64,000 bases of DNA from Anaeramoeba ignava BMAN (lineage: Eukaryota; Protista; Anaeramoebae): contig JAPDFW010000090.1 in the NCBI GenBank assembly GCA_028826165.1, positions 186,001-250,000 on the forward strand, given 5' to 3'. The notes beneath the pieces are model-generated. The model saw only the letters and a list, made by a program, of their open reading frames with translations. It made no database searches and was not told where the DNA came from. Made by a program: the position numbers and the translations under genes. This document shows, one piece after another, positions 51,901-63,602 of this stretch (the stretch's first letter is position 1; the number at the start of each line of letters is the position of its first letter).

Positions 51901-54900
51901 AAGTTATTTTTTGAGTTCAAAATTATTTGATTTTGAAATTGTTGGAACAAGAGAATTTCAAGATGTGGAGTTTGTTTATCAATCAAGTTCTTCAGAAAGA
52001 AATCTTGTTTCGATTGTGATTAGAATTGTTCTTTCTCAAGTCTTTTTTAATACAACTCCTTTTCTTGTATTTGATGAACCAATGGCAACTTTGGATTCTG
52101 AACAACAATTAAAATTAATTGATCTTTTTAATACAATTTTATTTGAAAAGAAAGAAGAATTCGAAAATGCCTTCCAATTAATATTAATCACTCACAACAA
52201 ACGATTTATTGAGCAAATGGTTCGCTTTCCAAATTGTCGATGGCAAGGATTTATTGTTGAGAAGAATAATTCTATGATTAGTGAAATGAAAAGGCTTGTT
52301 TTGTTTCCAAATTGGATAAGCCACAATATGAATTTTGGAGAAAATAGAAATCAGAAAAATTCCACCAAAAAACAAGATATAGATTTCTTATCAACTTGGA
52401 AAAATTATGAGAAAAAAAGAAATTCCAAAACAATCAGAAAATTAGATTATGAAGACAATGTAATTGAGTTTGAAATTGAAGATGAGGATGAGAATTTTGA
52501 TCTAATTCAAAATGAAAATCAAATTTTAAATGAAAATGAAATTTTAAATGAAAATGAAAATCAATATCAAAATTTAAATCAAATTTTAAATCAAATTGAA
52601 TATCAAAATCAAAATCAAAATCAAAATGAATATCAAAGTGAAAATGAAAATGAAAATGAAAATGAATATCAAAGTGAAAATGAATATCAAAGTGAAAATG
52701 AATATCAAAGTGAAAATCAAAGTGAAAATCAAAATGAAAATGAAAATCAAAATGAAAATCAAAATGAAAATCAAAATGAAAATCAAAATGAGAATCAAAG
52801 TGAAAATCAAAATGAATATCAAAATCAAAATGAAAATCAAAATCAAAATCAAAATGAAAATCAAACTGAAAATCAAAATGAAAATCAAATTGAAATTGGA
52901 TATCAAAATGAAAATCAAAATGAAAATCAAACTGAAAATCAAAATGAAAATCAAATTGAAATTGAATATCAAAATCAAAATGAATATCAAAATTTAAATC
53001 AAATTGAAATTGAAAATCAAATTGAAATTGAAAATCAAAATGAAAATGAATATCAAAATGAAAATGAATATCAAAATGAATTTGAATATCAAATTGAAAT
53101 TGAGAATGAAAATAAAAATCAAAATGAAAATGAAAATAAAATTGAATATCAAGATGAAAATGAAAATGAAAATGAAAATGAAAATAAAATTAAATATCAA
53201 AATCAAATTGAATATCAAATTGAAATTGAAAATGAAATCCAAATCCAAAAAGAAAATCAAATTGAAAATTTACTTAAAAACCAAATTGAAAATTTACTTG
53301 AAAATCGATATATAAATGATTCTGATTTAAAAAACATGAATCAAAACCAAAACCAAAATCAAAATGAATATGAAAACCAAAATCAAAACCAAAATCAAAT
53401 TGAATATCAAAATCAAAATCAAAATCAAAATGAAAACCAAAATAAAAATGAATATCAAAATCAAAATCAAAATGAAAATCAATATCAAAATCAAAATGAA
53501 AACCAAAATGAAAATCAATATCAAATTGAAAACCAAAATCAATATCAAAATCAAAATGAAAATCAATATCAAAATCAAAATGAAAACCAAAATGAAAACC
53601 AATATCAAAATGAAAACCAAAATCAATATCAAAATCAAAATCAAAATGAAAACCAAAATCAATATCAAAATCAAAATCAAAATCAAAATCAAAATGAATA
53701 TGAAAACCAATATCAAAATGAAAACCAAAATCAATATCAAAATCAAAATCAAAATCAAAATCAAAATCAAAATCAAAATGAATATGAAAACCAAAATGAA
53801 AACCAAAATCAAAATCAAAATCAAAACCAAAATCAAAATCAATATCAAATTGAATATCAAAATCAAAATCAAAACCAAAATGAAAACCAAAATGAAAACC
53901 AATATCAAAATCAAAATCAAAATCAAAACCAAAATCAAAATCAATATCAAAATCAATATCAAAATCAAAATCAATATCAAAATGAAAATCAAAATCAAAA
54001 TCAAAACCAAAATCAAAATCAAATTCAAATTGAATATCAAAATCAAAATCAAAATCAAAATGAAAACCAAAATCAAAACCAATATCAAATTGAATATCAA
54101 AATCAATATCAAAACCAAAATGAATATGAAAACCAAAATCAAAATCAAAACCAAATTGAATATCAAAATCAAAATCAAAATCAAAACCAAAATCAAATTG
54201 AAATTGAATATCAAAATCAAAACAAAATTGAAAATTTGGACTTAAATCAAAATAATTCAAATAGAAAAGATAATCCTCTTTCGAATTATCAAATTGAAAA
54301 GCTTGATGATAACTTAAATGATTTGGATATTTTCGAAAATTCGAATGAATTAGACTTTGAAGATTTAGAAAAACAACAAAAACAAAATTTAAATCAAAAA
54401 CAAAATTTAAATGAAAAACAAAATTTAAATGAAAAACTAAATTTAAATCAAAAACAAAATTTAAATCAAAAACAAAATTTAAATGAAAAACAAAATTTAA
54501 ATGAAAAACAAAATTTAAATCAAAAACAAAATTTAAATCAAAAACTAAATTTAAATCAAAAACAAAATTTAAATGAAAAACAAAAATTAAATCAAAAACA
54601 AAATTTAAATCAAAAACAAAATTTAGATGAAAAACAAAAATTAAATGAAAAACAAAATTTAAATCAAAAACAAAATTTAAATCAAAAACAAAATTTAAAT
54701 GAAAAACAAAATTTAAATGAAAAACAAAATTTAAATCAAAAACAAAATTTAAATGAAAAACAAAATTTAAATGAAAAACAAAATTATTATCCAAATGAAA
54801 ACCAATATCAATATCATTTAAATAAATATTTAAATCAAAATCAAAATCAAAATCAAAATCAAAATCTAAATCTAAATCAAAATCAATACCAAAATCAATA

Positions 54901-55273
54901 TCAAAATCAATATCAATATTTAAATCAAAATCAATATCCAAATTTAAATCTAAACCCAAATGCTTTTACAACCAATTTACTTACAAATCCAAATCTAAAC
55001 CTAAATCAATATTCAAATTCAGATCCAATAACAAATCCAAATCAATATACAAATTCACAAAATCAATCACAAAACTTAAATGAATATCGATATTTATTTT
55101 CAAATCAAAATCAAAATCAAAATCAAAATCAATATCCAAATCAAAATCAAAATGAATATCAATATTTATATTCAAGTCAAAACCAAAATCAATATCCAAA
55201 TCAATATCCAAATCCATATCAAAATCAATATCAATATCGAAATCGATATTCAAATAATCGGAAACGATACTAA
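48974..55273 (+). CDS. Rad50/SbcC-like ABC ATPase with very long N/Q/E/Y C-terminal tail; apparent frameshifts near 49650 and 50810
   Basis: GFRSF, LTIIYGKNQSGKST (Walker A), IFPKQES (Q-loop), coiled coil, SSSERNLVSIVIRIVL (signature position), FLVFDEPMATLD (Walker B/D-loop), LILITHN (H-loop). Confidence 0.82.
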
Positions 55274-55352
55274 AAAAAATTTTTAATTTTAATTTTAATT
55301 TTTAATTTTCTTTTTAATAATAATAAAAAAAAAAGAAAACATTAAATGAAAT

Positions 55353-56420
55353 TCAAAAGCATTTTTTATAGCAAATTGATTCACCATATTCCGAATATTC
55401 AGATTTATCAATCCAATCTGTACTTCTCAACACTTTGGAAGCAACAAAAGAACCACCAATCCAAACTAAATTTTCATTAGATTTTTGAGCATCAATATTG
55501 AAAGTAAGTGATTTTGAAGTTAAAAGAGGTAATTCTTGAGATAACCTTTCTTTTAATCCATGAATTTGACTTGATCCTCCAAACAAAAGAATATTTTCAA
55601 ATAGTTTTTTTCTTGATAAAAGAGGAGATTTTTTGTCAATTGAAATGTGAAGAAGTTTTTGGATTCCAAAATTATTAATTCCATAAAGTTGCGGATTAAA
55701 TAAGATTTCCGCGCACTTTGAATTTTCATCATTCCAATCAATACGAATTTCAGGATGTTCTTGAAACAAAGCTTGTTTTTTTGTGATATTTCCAAGAAGA
55801 AAATTTGACGAGTCAAAATTATTGCTTTCCAAAAAAGCAAATTTTTCTTTTGCCTTCCTTATAAAAGCACTTAAAGATTTTTGCTGAGCCAAATTTTTAT
55901 TTTGACTATTTTCCATCAATAATTGAAACAAATATTGGTCAATATCCCAACCACCAATTTCTAGTCTTTTGATTGAATTGGGGAAGATTTTCTCATCAAA
56001 AATAGGAACAATTGAAATTGTGTCAAATCCTAAATTAACTGAAACTCCAGTTGTTTTTCCTGATCCATATAAAGCAAGAACATTTTGAATGGCAAAAAAT
56101 GCTTTTTGAAACTGGAATTTTTCAAATAAAATTTCTGCCTTCACAAATCGATTTTGAATTGGTTCAAGTGGTGATTCTGAGACTAATATTTTGTGTGTTT
56201 GTGGATCGATTTGCATTTTATTTTTGAATATTTCTGTCCATGTTTGTTCTATATAATCCCAATCTTGGAATATTCCTTTAGGAATTAAATTTGAAAATTT
56301 TTGTGGGATTGTTGATTCTGATTCTATTGTAAAATTTGGTGTTAAATTTCCTGGAAATCCTGCTCTTATTTGATATTTTCCATCATCGATAACAATAATA
56401 TTATTTTCTTCATTTAACAT
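55353..56420 (-). CDS. Divergent actin-related protein (355 aa)
   Basis: IVIDDGKYQIRAGF, QDWDYIEQTW, EILFEKF, LALYGSGKTTGV, LFENILLFGGSS, VWIGGS, EYSEYGESICYKKCF. Confidence 0.9.
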   Translation of the reverse strand: MLNEENNIIVIDDGKYQIRAGFPGNLTPNFTIESESTIPQKFSNLIPKGIFQDWDYIEQTWTEIFKNKMQIDPQTHKILVSESPLEPIQNRFVKAEILFEKFQFQKAFFAIQNVLALYGSGKTTGVSVNLGFDTISIVPIFDEKIFPNSIKRLEIGGWDIDQYLFQLLMENSQNKNLAQQKSLSAFIRKAKEKFAFLESNNFDSSNFLLGNITKKQALFQEHPEIRIDWNDENSKCAEILFNPQLYGINNFGIQKLLHISIDKKSPLLSRKKLFENILLFGGSSQIHGLKERLSQELPLLTSKSLTFNIDAQKSNENLVWIGGSFVASKVLRSTDWIDKSEYSEYGESICYKKCF

Positions 56421-56504
56421 TATTTTTAATATAAAAAGAAAAAAATGAAAAATGAAAAAAAAATGAAAAAATTTTTTTTCTTTTTCAAATTTTATTTTTG
56501 AATT

Positions 56505-57372
56505 TGATTTAAAATTGATTTAAAATTGATTTAAAATTGATTTAAAATTGATTTAAAATTGATTTAAAATTGATTTAAAATTGATTTAAAATTGATTTAA
56601 AATTGATATAAAATTGATATAAAATTGATATAAAATTAATATAAAATTAATTTAAAATTGATTTAAAATTGATATAAAATTGATATAAAATTGATTTAAA
56701 ATTGATTTAAAATTGATATAAAATTGATATAAAATTGATTTAAAATTGATATAAAATTGATTTAAAATTGATTTAAAATTGATTTAAAATTGATTTAAAA
56801 TTGATATAAAATTGATATAAAATTGATTTAAAATTGATATAAAATTGATATAAAATTGATTTAAAATTGATTTAAAATTAATTTAAAATTGATATAAAAT
56901 TGATTTAAAATTGATTTAAAATTGATATAAAATTAATATAAAATTGATATAAAATTGATTTAAAATTAATATAAAATTGATTTAAAATTAATATAAAATT
57001 AATTTAAAATTGATATAAAATTAATATAAAATTAATATAAAATTGATATAAAATTGATATAAAATTGATTTAAAATTGATATAAAATTGATTTAAAATTG
57101 ATTTAAAATTGATATAAAATTGATTTAAAATTGATTTAAAATTGATTTAAAATTGATTTAAAATTGATATAAAATTGATATAAAATTGATTTAAAATTGA
57201 TTTAAAATTGATATAAAATTGATATAAAATTGATATAAAATTGATATAAAATTAATATAAAATTGATTTAAAATTGATATAAAATTGATTTAAAATTGAT
57301 TTAAAATTGATTTAAAATTGATTTAAAATTGATATAAAATTGATATAAAATTGATTTAAAATTGATTTAAAA
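56505..57372. repeat. 11-bp minisatellite AAAATTGAT(T/A)T, about 78 copies
   Basis: Units visible; variant AAAATTAATAT also present. Confidence 0.97.
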
Positions 57373-57377
57373 GAAAA

Positions 57378-60300
57378 TCATTTCTTTAGGAAGTTTTGGA
57401 TATTTGGAAAAATGTTCATTGATTGTTTAAGAAGTGAAATTCCATTCAATTTAATAATTCTTTTTTGGTTTTCTTTTTTTTTTTGAAAAGAAAAAGCAAA
57501 GAAAATTAATAAATTTGATTTGAATTTGATTTTTGAATTATTTACCTTTATTCTGAGAAGCGAGATTCCATAAAGCCGAAGATCCTTGCATTTGAATTTG
57601 TGGATTATTTGGAAATTTATTAACTGCGTTTATAATAGCTTCAATTCCATTTAATTTTGGAATTTCAATTCGATTTTCTTTTTTTTATAAATTTGATTTT
57701 GATTTATTTTGATTTTGATTTTGATTTTGATTTTGATTTATTTTGATTTTGATTTTGAATTTGATTTTGATTTTAATTTTGATTTTGATTTTGATTTTGA
57801 TTTTGATTTTGATTTTAATTTTGATTTTAATTTTGATTTTGATTTTGATTTTGATTTTGATTTTGATTTTGATTTTGATTTTGATTTTGATTTTGATTTT
57901 GGTTTTGAATTTGAATTTGGTTTTGGTTTTGATTTTGATTTTGATTTTGGTTTTAATTTTGATTTTGGTTTTAATTTTGATTTTGATTTTGATTTTTTGG
58001 ATTATTTACCTTCATTTGCAGCAAGATTCTTTAAACCTCCACATCCATGAAGTTGGATTCCTTCATTATCTGGAAAACGATTCATTGCATTTATAATGGG
58101 TTGAATTCCATTTAATTTTCGAATTTCAATTCGATTTGCTTTTTTTTATAATTTTAATTTTGATTTTGATTTTAATTTTGATTTTGATTTTGATTTTGAT
58201 ATTCATTTTTTAGTTACGTTCATTATTAGCAAAATTCCATAAAGCTCCACATGCATGATATTGAACATCTGAATCATTTGGGAAATTATTTATTGCATCG
58301 ATAACAGGTTGAATACCATTTAATTTTCGAATGATATTCTTATTTTCTTTTAAATTTTGATATTGATATTGATATTTATATTGATATTTATATTTATATT
58401 TGATATTGATATTGATATTGATATTGATATTGATATTGATATTTATATTTATATTGATATTGATATTGATATTGATATTGATATTGATATTGATATTGAT
58501 ATTGATATTGATATTGATATTGATATTGATATTGATATTTATATTGATATTGATATTGATATTGATATTTATATTGATATTTATATTGATATTTATATTG
58601 ATATTTATATTTATATTGATATTGATATTGATATTGATATTGATATTGATATTGATATTGATATTGATATTGATATTGATTTTGATATTGATTTTGATAT
58701 TGATATTGATTTTGATATTGATATTGATTTTGATTTTGATTTTGATTTTGATTTTGATTTTGATTTAAATTACTAAAATCAGCACAAATATTCCCTACAG
58801 CTCCACATCCATGATATTGAACTAATTGGTTATTTGGGAAATTATTCATTGTTTTTATAAGAGTTTGAAGTCCTTTTAATTTTTGAATTTCAACTGGATT
58901 TCCTTTTAATTTCCAATTTTTAATTTTTTTATAGAATTAATAAATCTGAAATTAAATTTCATTTTGGAAATATTGGAAAATAAAAACAAATTACTTTCAT
59001 TTTCTGCTGAAATCATTTGTAAAAGATAGCATCCAAATTCTTGAATATCTTGACTGAATGAAAATTCTTCCATAGTATCAATTATTTCTTTTATAGAATC
59101 TTTAAATTTTGAATTTAAATTTTAATTTTGATTTTAATTTTGATTTTAATTTTGGTTTTGATTTTAATTTTGATTTTGATTTTAATTTTGATTTTGATTT
59201 TGATTTTGAATTTTGGTTTTGATTTTGATTTTGATTTTGAATTTTGATTTTGATTTTGATTTTGATTTTTATTTTAATTTTGATTTTGATTTTGATTTTA
59301 ATTTTGATTTTGATTTTGATTTAAATTCAAATCACCTTTTTTTAATTCAGAAATACGAGTTGTAAATTTTAAGAAAGTTTGCTTTGCTTTTTCTGTAACA
59401 TTTGAATCTAGTTCAGATTGAATTTGCTTAATTTTATTTTTCTCTTTTTGTTGAATAGGTCGTTTAATTTGATTAATTTCTTGATCTTTTTCTTGAATAG
59501 ATTCCATGAGTTGATTAATTTCTTGGTTTTTTTGTTTGATTATTTCAGTTTGTTCTGTTTGAGTTTTTTGAATTTTTTCATTTTCTTCTTTAATTTTTTG
59601 ATTTTCTTCTTTAATTTTTTCATTTTCTTCTTTAAGTTTTTCATTTTCTTCTTTAATTTTTTGATTTTCTTCTTGAAGTTTTTGATTTTTTTGAAACATT
59701 AATCTAAGTTGATCAGTTGAAGGTAAAAATGGATTGTTTTCAGTTTTTGAATTAGATGTAATAAGTTGAGCATTCTTTATACTATCAACGATATAATAAA
59801 AATCATTAATATCTTCTGGAATTTGTTGGATTTGAATTGGATCAATATATTCTTCTTTGTTTATTAAATTTTTATTGGTTTTTTTAAATTTTTCCTTCCA
59901 ATCTCGCGATAATTTCCAAATTAAATCAATCTTGTTTTCTTTTGGTGTTGATTGAATGAATTCAATAATATTTCTTAATTCTTTATTATTAATTTCTCCA
60001 ATTTCGTCATTTAGAATAATTTGGTCAATGTTTTCCTTAATGAACTTTTCGCAGATACTGGAAAGATAATTTGATTCAATTAAAATACTTTTCAAATAAA
60101 TAACAATAGCGTTTTTTGCGTTAATTTTTTGCGAAACTTCCTTTTCAATTTTGATTCTTAAACTCGACAATTTAAAAAATTTTGCGACTTCAAAATATTT
60201 TTCAAAATTGTTTGAATTGAATTTAAATTCTGATCCGTAAAAAAAAGAAATGATTGGTTCAACAACATCATATTCAAATTTTGGAAGATATAATTCATCC

Positions 60301-60794
60301 ATATCTGCTTTTTCATGGTTTTTTTCATAAAAAAATCTTGATCTTGAATTTAATATATTTTTATGACAAGGAATTTTTTGATTGATTTCTCCAGCATAAA
60401 TTATAAAATCGCAATTTTCTTCGTTTTGGAACATTGTTTTATAATTTGAAAGAAGTTCATAAATTAAAAATTTATTGAGTTCTTGAAGAGGAAATTGATA
60501 TAATTTTGATATTTCAATTTTTCGTGGTTTTTTATCAAAATAAATTTTTTGGATTTGATTTAAATTGAAATTTTGATTTTGATTTTGATTTTGATTTTGA
60601 ATTTGAATTTGATTTTGAAAAAACATTTGATTTTGTTTTTCAAATAAATCTTCAATTTGAATTTGAATTTGATTTTGAATTTGATTTCGGATTTGCAGTA
60701 AATTTTTATTTTGATTTTGGAACATATCTTGAATTTGCATTTTAAGACTTTTAGGGTTCTTTTTTAATTTAGTTTTGTTTGAAGAATTATCCAT
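57378..60794 (-). CDS. BTB + coiled coil + armadillo-repeat protein; exons 60794-59336, 59099-58995, 58902-58774, 58346-58218, 58138-58010, 57677-57546, 57472-57378
   Basis: BTB: CDFIIYAG..IPCHKNILNSRSRFF..ISFFYG. All six introns are GT-AG and phase 1. ARM exons are 129,129,129,132 nt, e.g. NRIEIRKLNGIQPIINAMNRFPDNEGIQLHGCGGLKNLAANE. The spliced frame is fully open. Confidence 0.9.
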
Positions 60795-60924
60795 TATTTC
60801 TTTTTGAATGAAATTAAATGAAAAAATGAAAAAATGAAAAAATGAAAAAATGAAAAAATGAAAAAATGAAAAAAAAATTTTTTTGTTTTTGATCAAATGT
60901 AATTTAACATAAAATTAAATTTAG

Positions 60925-63548
60925 AATTTAAAATTGATATAAAATTGATTTAAAATTGATATAAAATTGATTTAAAATTGATTTAAAATTGATATAAAAT
61001 TGATTTAAAATTAATATAAAATTGATTTAAAATTGATTTAAAATTGATTTAAAATTGATTTAAAATTGATATAAAATTGAATTAAAATTGATTTAAAATT
61101 GATATAAAATTAATATAAAATTGATTTAAAATTGATATAAAATTGATTTAAAATTGATATAAAATTGATTTAAAATTGATTTAAAATTGATTTAAAATTG
61201 ATTTAAAATTAATATAAAATTGATTTAAAATTAATATAAAATTGATATAAAATTGATTAAAATTTTAAAATTGATATAAAATTGATATAAAATTGATATA
61301 AAATTGATTTAAAATTGATATAAAATTGATTTAAAATTGATATAAAATTGATTTAAAATTGATTTAAAATTGATATAAAATTGATATAAAATTGATTTAG
61401 AATTGATTTAAAATTGATATAAAATTAATATAAAATTAATATAAAATTGATATAAAATTGATATAAAATTGATATAAAATTGAATTAAAATTGATTTAAA
61501 ATTGATATAAAATTAATATAAAATTGATTTTAAAATTGATATAAAAATTGATTTAAAATTAATATAAAATTGATATAAAATTGATTTAAAATTAATATAA
61601 AATTAATATAAAATTGATTTAAAATTTATTTAAAAATTAATATAAAATTGATTTAAAATTGATATAAAATTGATATAAAAATTGATTTAAAAATTGATAT
61701 AAAATTGATATAAAATTGATTTAAAATTGATTTAAAATTGATATAAAATTGATATAAAATTGATTTAGAATTGATTTAAAATTGATATAAAATTAATATA
61801 AAATTGATATAAAATTGATATAAAATTGATATAAAATTGATATAGAATTAATATAAAATTGATTTAAAATTGATTTAAAATTAATATAAATTGGATATAA
61901 AATTGATATAAAATTGATATAAAATTGATATAAAATTAATATAAAATTGATTTAAAATTGATTTAAAAATTGATTTTAAAATTGATTTAAAATTGATATA
62001 AAATTGATATAAAATTGATATAAAATTGATTTAAAATTGATTTAAAATTGATTTAAAATTGATATAAAATTGATATAAAATTGATATAAAATTGATTTAA
62101 AATTAATATAAAATTGATTTAAAATTGATTTAAAATTGATATAAAATTGATTTAAAATTGATATAAAATTGATTTAAAATTGATTTAAAATTGATATAAA
62201 ATTGATTTAAAAATTGATTTAAAATTGATTTAAAATTGATTTAAAATTGATATAAAAATTAATATAAAAATTAATATAAAATTGATATAAAATTGATATA
62301 AAATTGATTTAAAATTGATTTAAAATTGATTTAAAATTGATTTAAAATTGATTTAAAATTGATATAAAATTGATTTAAAATTAATTTAAAATTAATATAA
62401 AATTGATTTAAAATTGATATAAAATTGATTTAAAATTAATTTAAAATTGATATAAAATTGATATAAAAATTGATTTAAAATTGATTTAAAATTAATTTTA
62501 AAATTGATTTAAAAATTGATATAAAATTGATTTAAAATTGATATAAAATTGATTTAAAATTGATATAAAATTGATATAAAATTGATATAAAATTGATTTT
62601 AAAATTAATTTAAAATTGATTTAAAATTAATATAAAATTGATTTAAAATTAATATAAAATTGATATAAAATTGATATATAAAATTAATTTAAAATTGATT
62701 TAAAATTGATTTAAAATTGATATAAAAATTAATATAAAATTGATTTAAAAATTGATATAAAAAATTTATTTAAAATTAATATAAAATTGATTTAAAATTA
62801 ATATAAAATTGATATAAAATTAATATAAAAATTGATATAAAATTGATTTAAAATTGATATAAAATTGATATAAAATTGATATAAAATTGATATAAAAATT
62901 AATATAAAATTGATTTAAAATTGATATAAAATTGATTTAAAATTGATATAAAAATTGATTTAAAATTGATATAAAATTGATTTAAAATTAATTTAAAATT
63001 AATTTAAAATTGATATAAAATTGATTTAAAATTGATTTAAAATTAATATAAAAATTGATTTAAAATTAATATAAATTGATTTAAAAATTTATTTAAAATT
63101 GATATAAAAATTGATTTAAAATTGATATAAAATTGATTTAAAATTAATTTTAAAATTGATATAAAATTGATATAAAATTGATATAAAATTGATTTAAAAT
63201 TGATATAAAATTGATATAAAATTGATTTAAAATTAATATAAAATTGATATAAAATTGATTTAAAATTGATTTAAAATTAATTTAAAATTGATTTAAAATT
63301 GATTTAAAATTGATTTAAAATTGATATAAAATTGATTTAAAATTGATTTAAAATTGATTTAAAATTGATTTAAAATTGATTTAAAATTAATTTAAAATTG
63401 ATATAAAATTGATTTAAAATTGATATAAAATTTATTTAAAATTGATATAAAATTGATTTAAAATTGATATAAAATTGATATAAAATTGATATAAAATTGA
63501 TATAAAATTGATTTAAAATTGATTTAAAATTGATATAAAATTGATTTA
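60925..63548. repeat. 11-bp minisatellite AAAATTGAT(T/A)T, about 235-240 copies; same unit and orientation as 56505-57372
   Basis: Tandem units visible. Confidence 0.97.
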
Positions 63549-63571
63549 ATTTTGTTAATTTTTAATTTTTG

Positions 63572-63602
63572 ATTTTTCATTTTTTCATTTTTTCATTTTT
63601 TC
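63572..63602 (+). promoter_or_regulatory. Tandem TTTTTCAT initiator-like motif immediately upstream of the actin ATG
   Basis: ATTTTTCATTTTTTCATTTTTTCATTTTTTCATG; the same motif precedes most genes in the window. Confidence 0.5.

Noticed and set aside
56505-57372. 11-mer arrays as telomeric repeats or transposon terminal repeats
   Set aside because: Internal location, no G-rich strand, direct rather than inverted orientation, and no transposase or RT between them.
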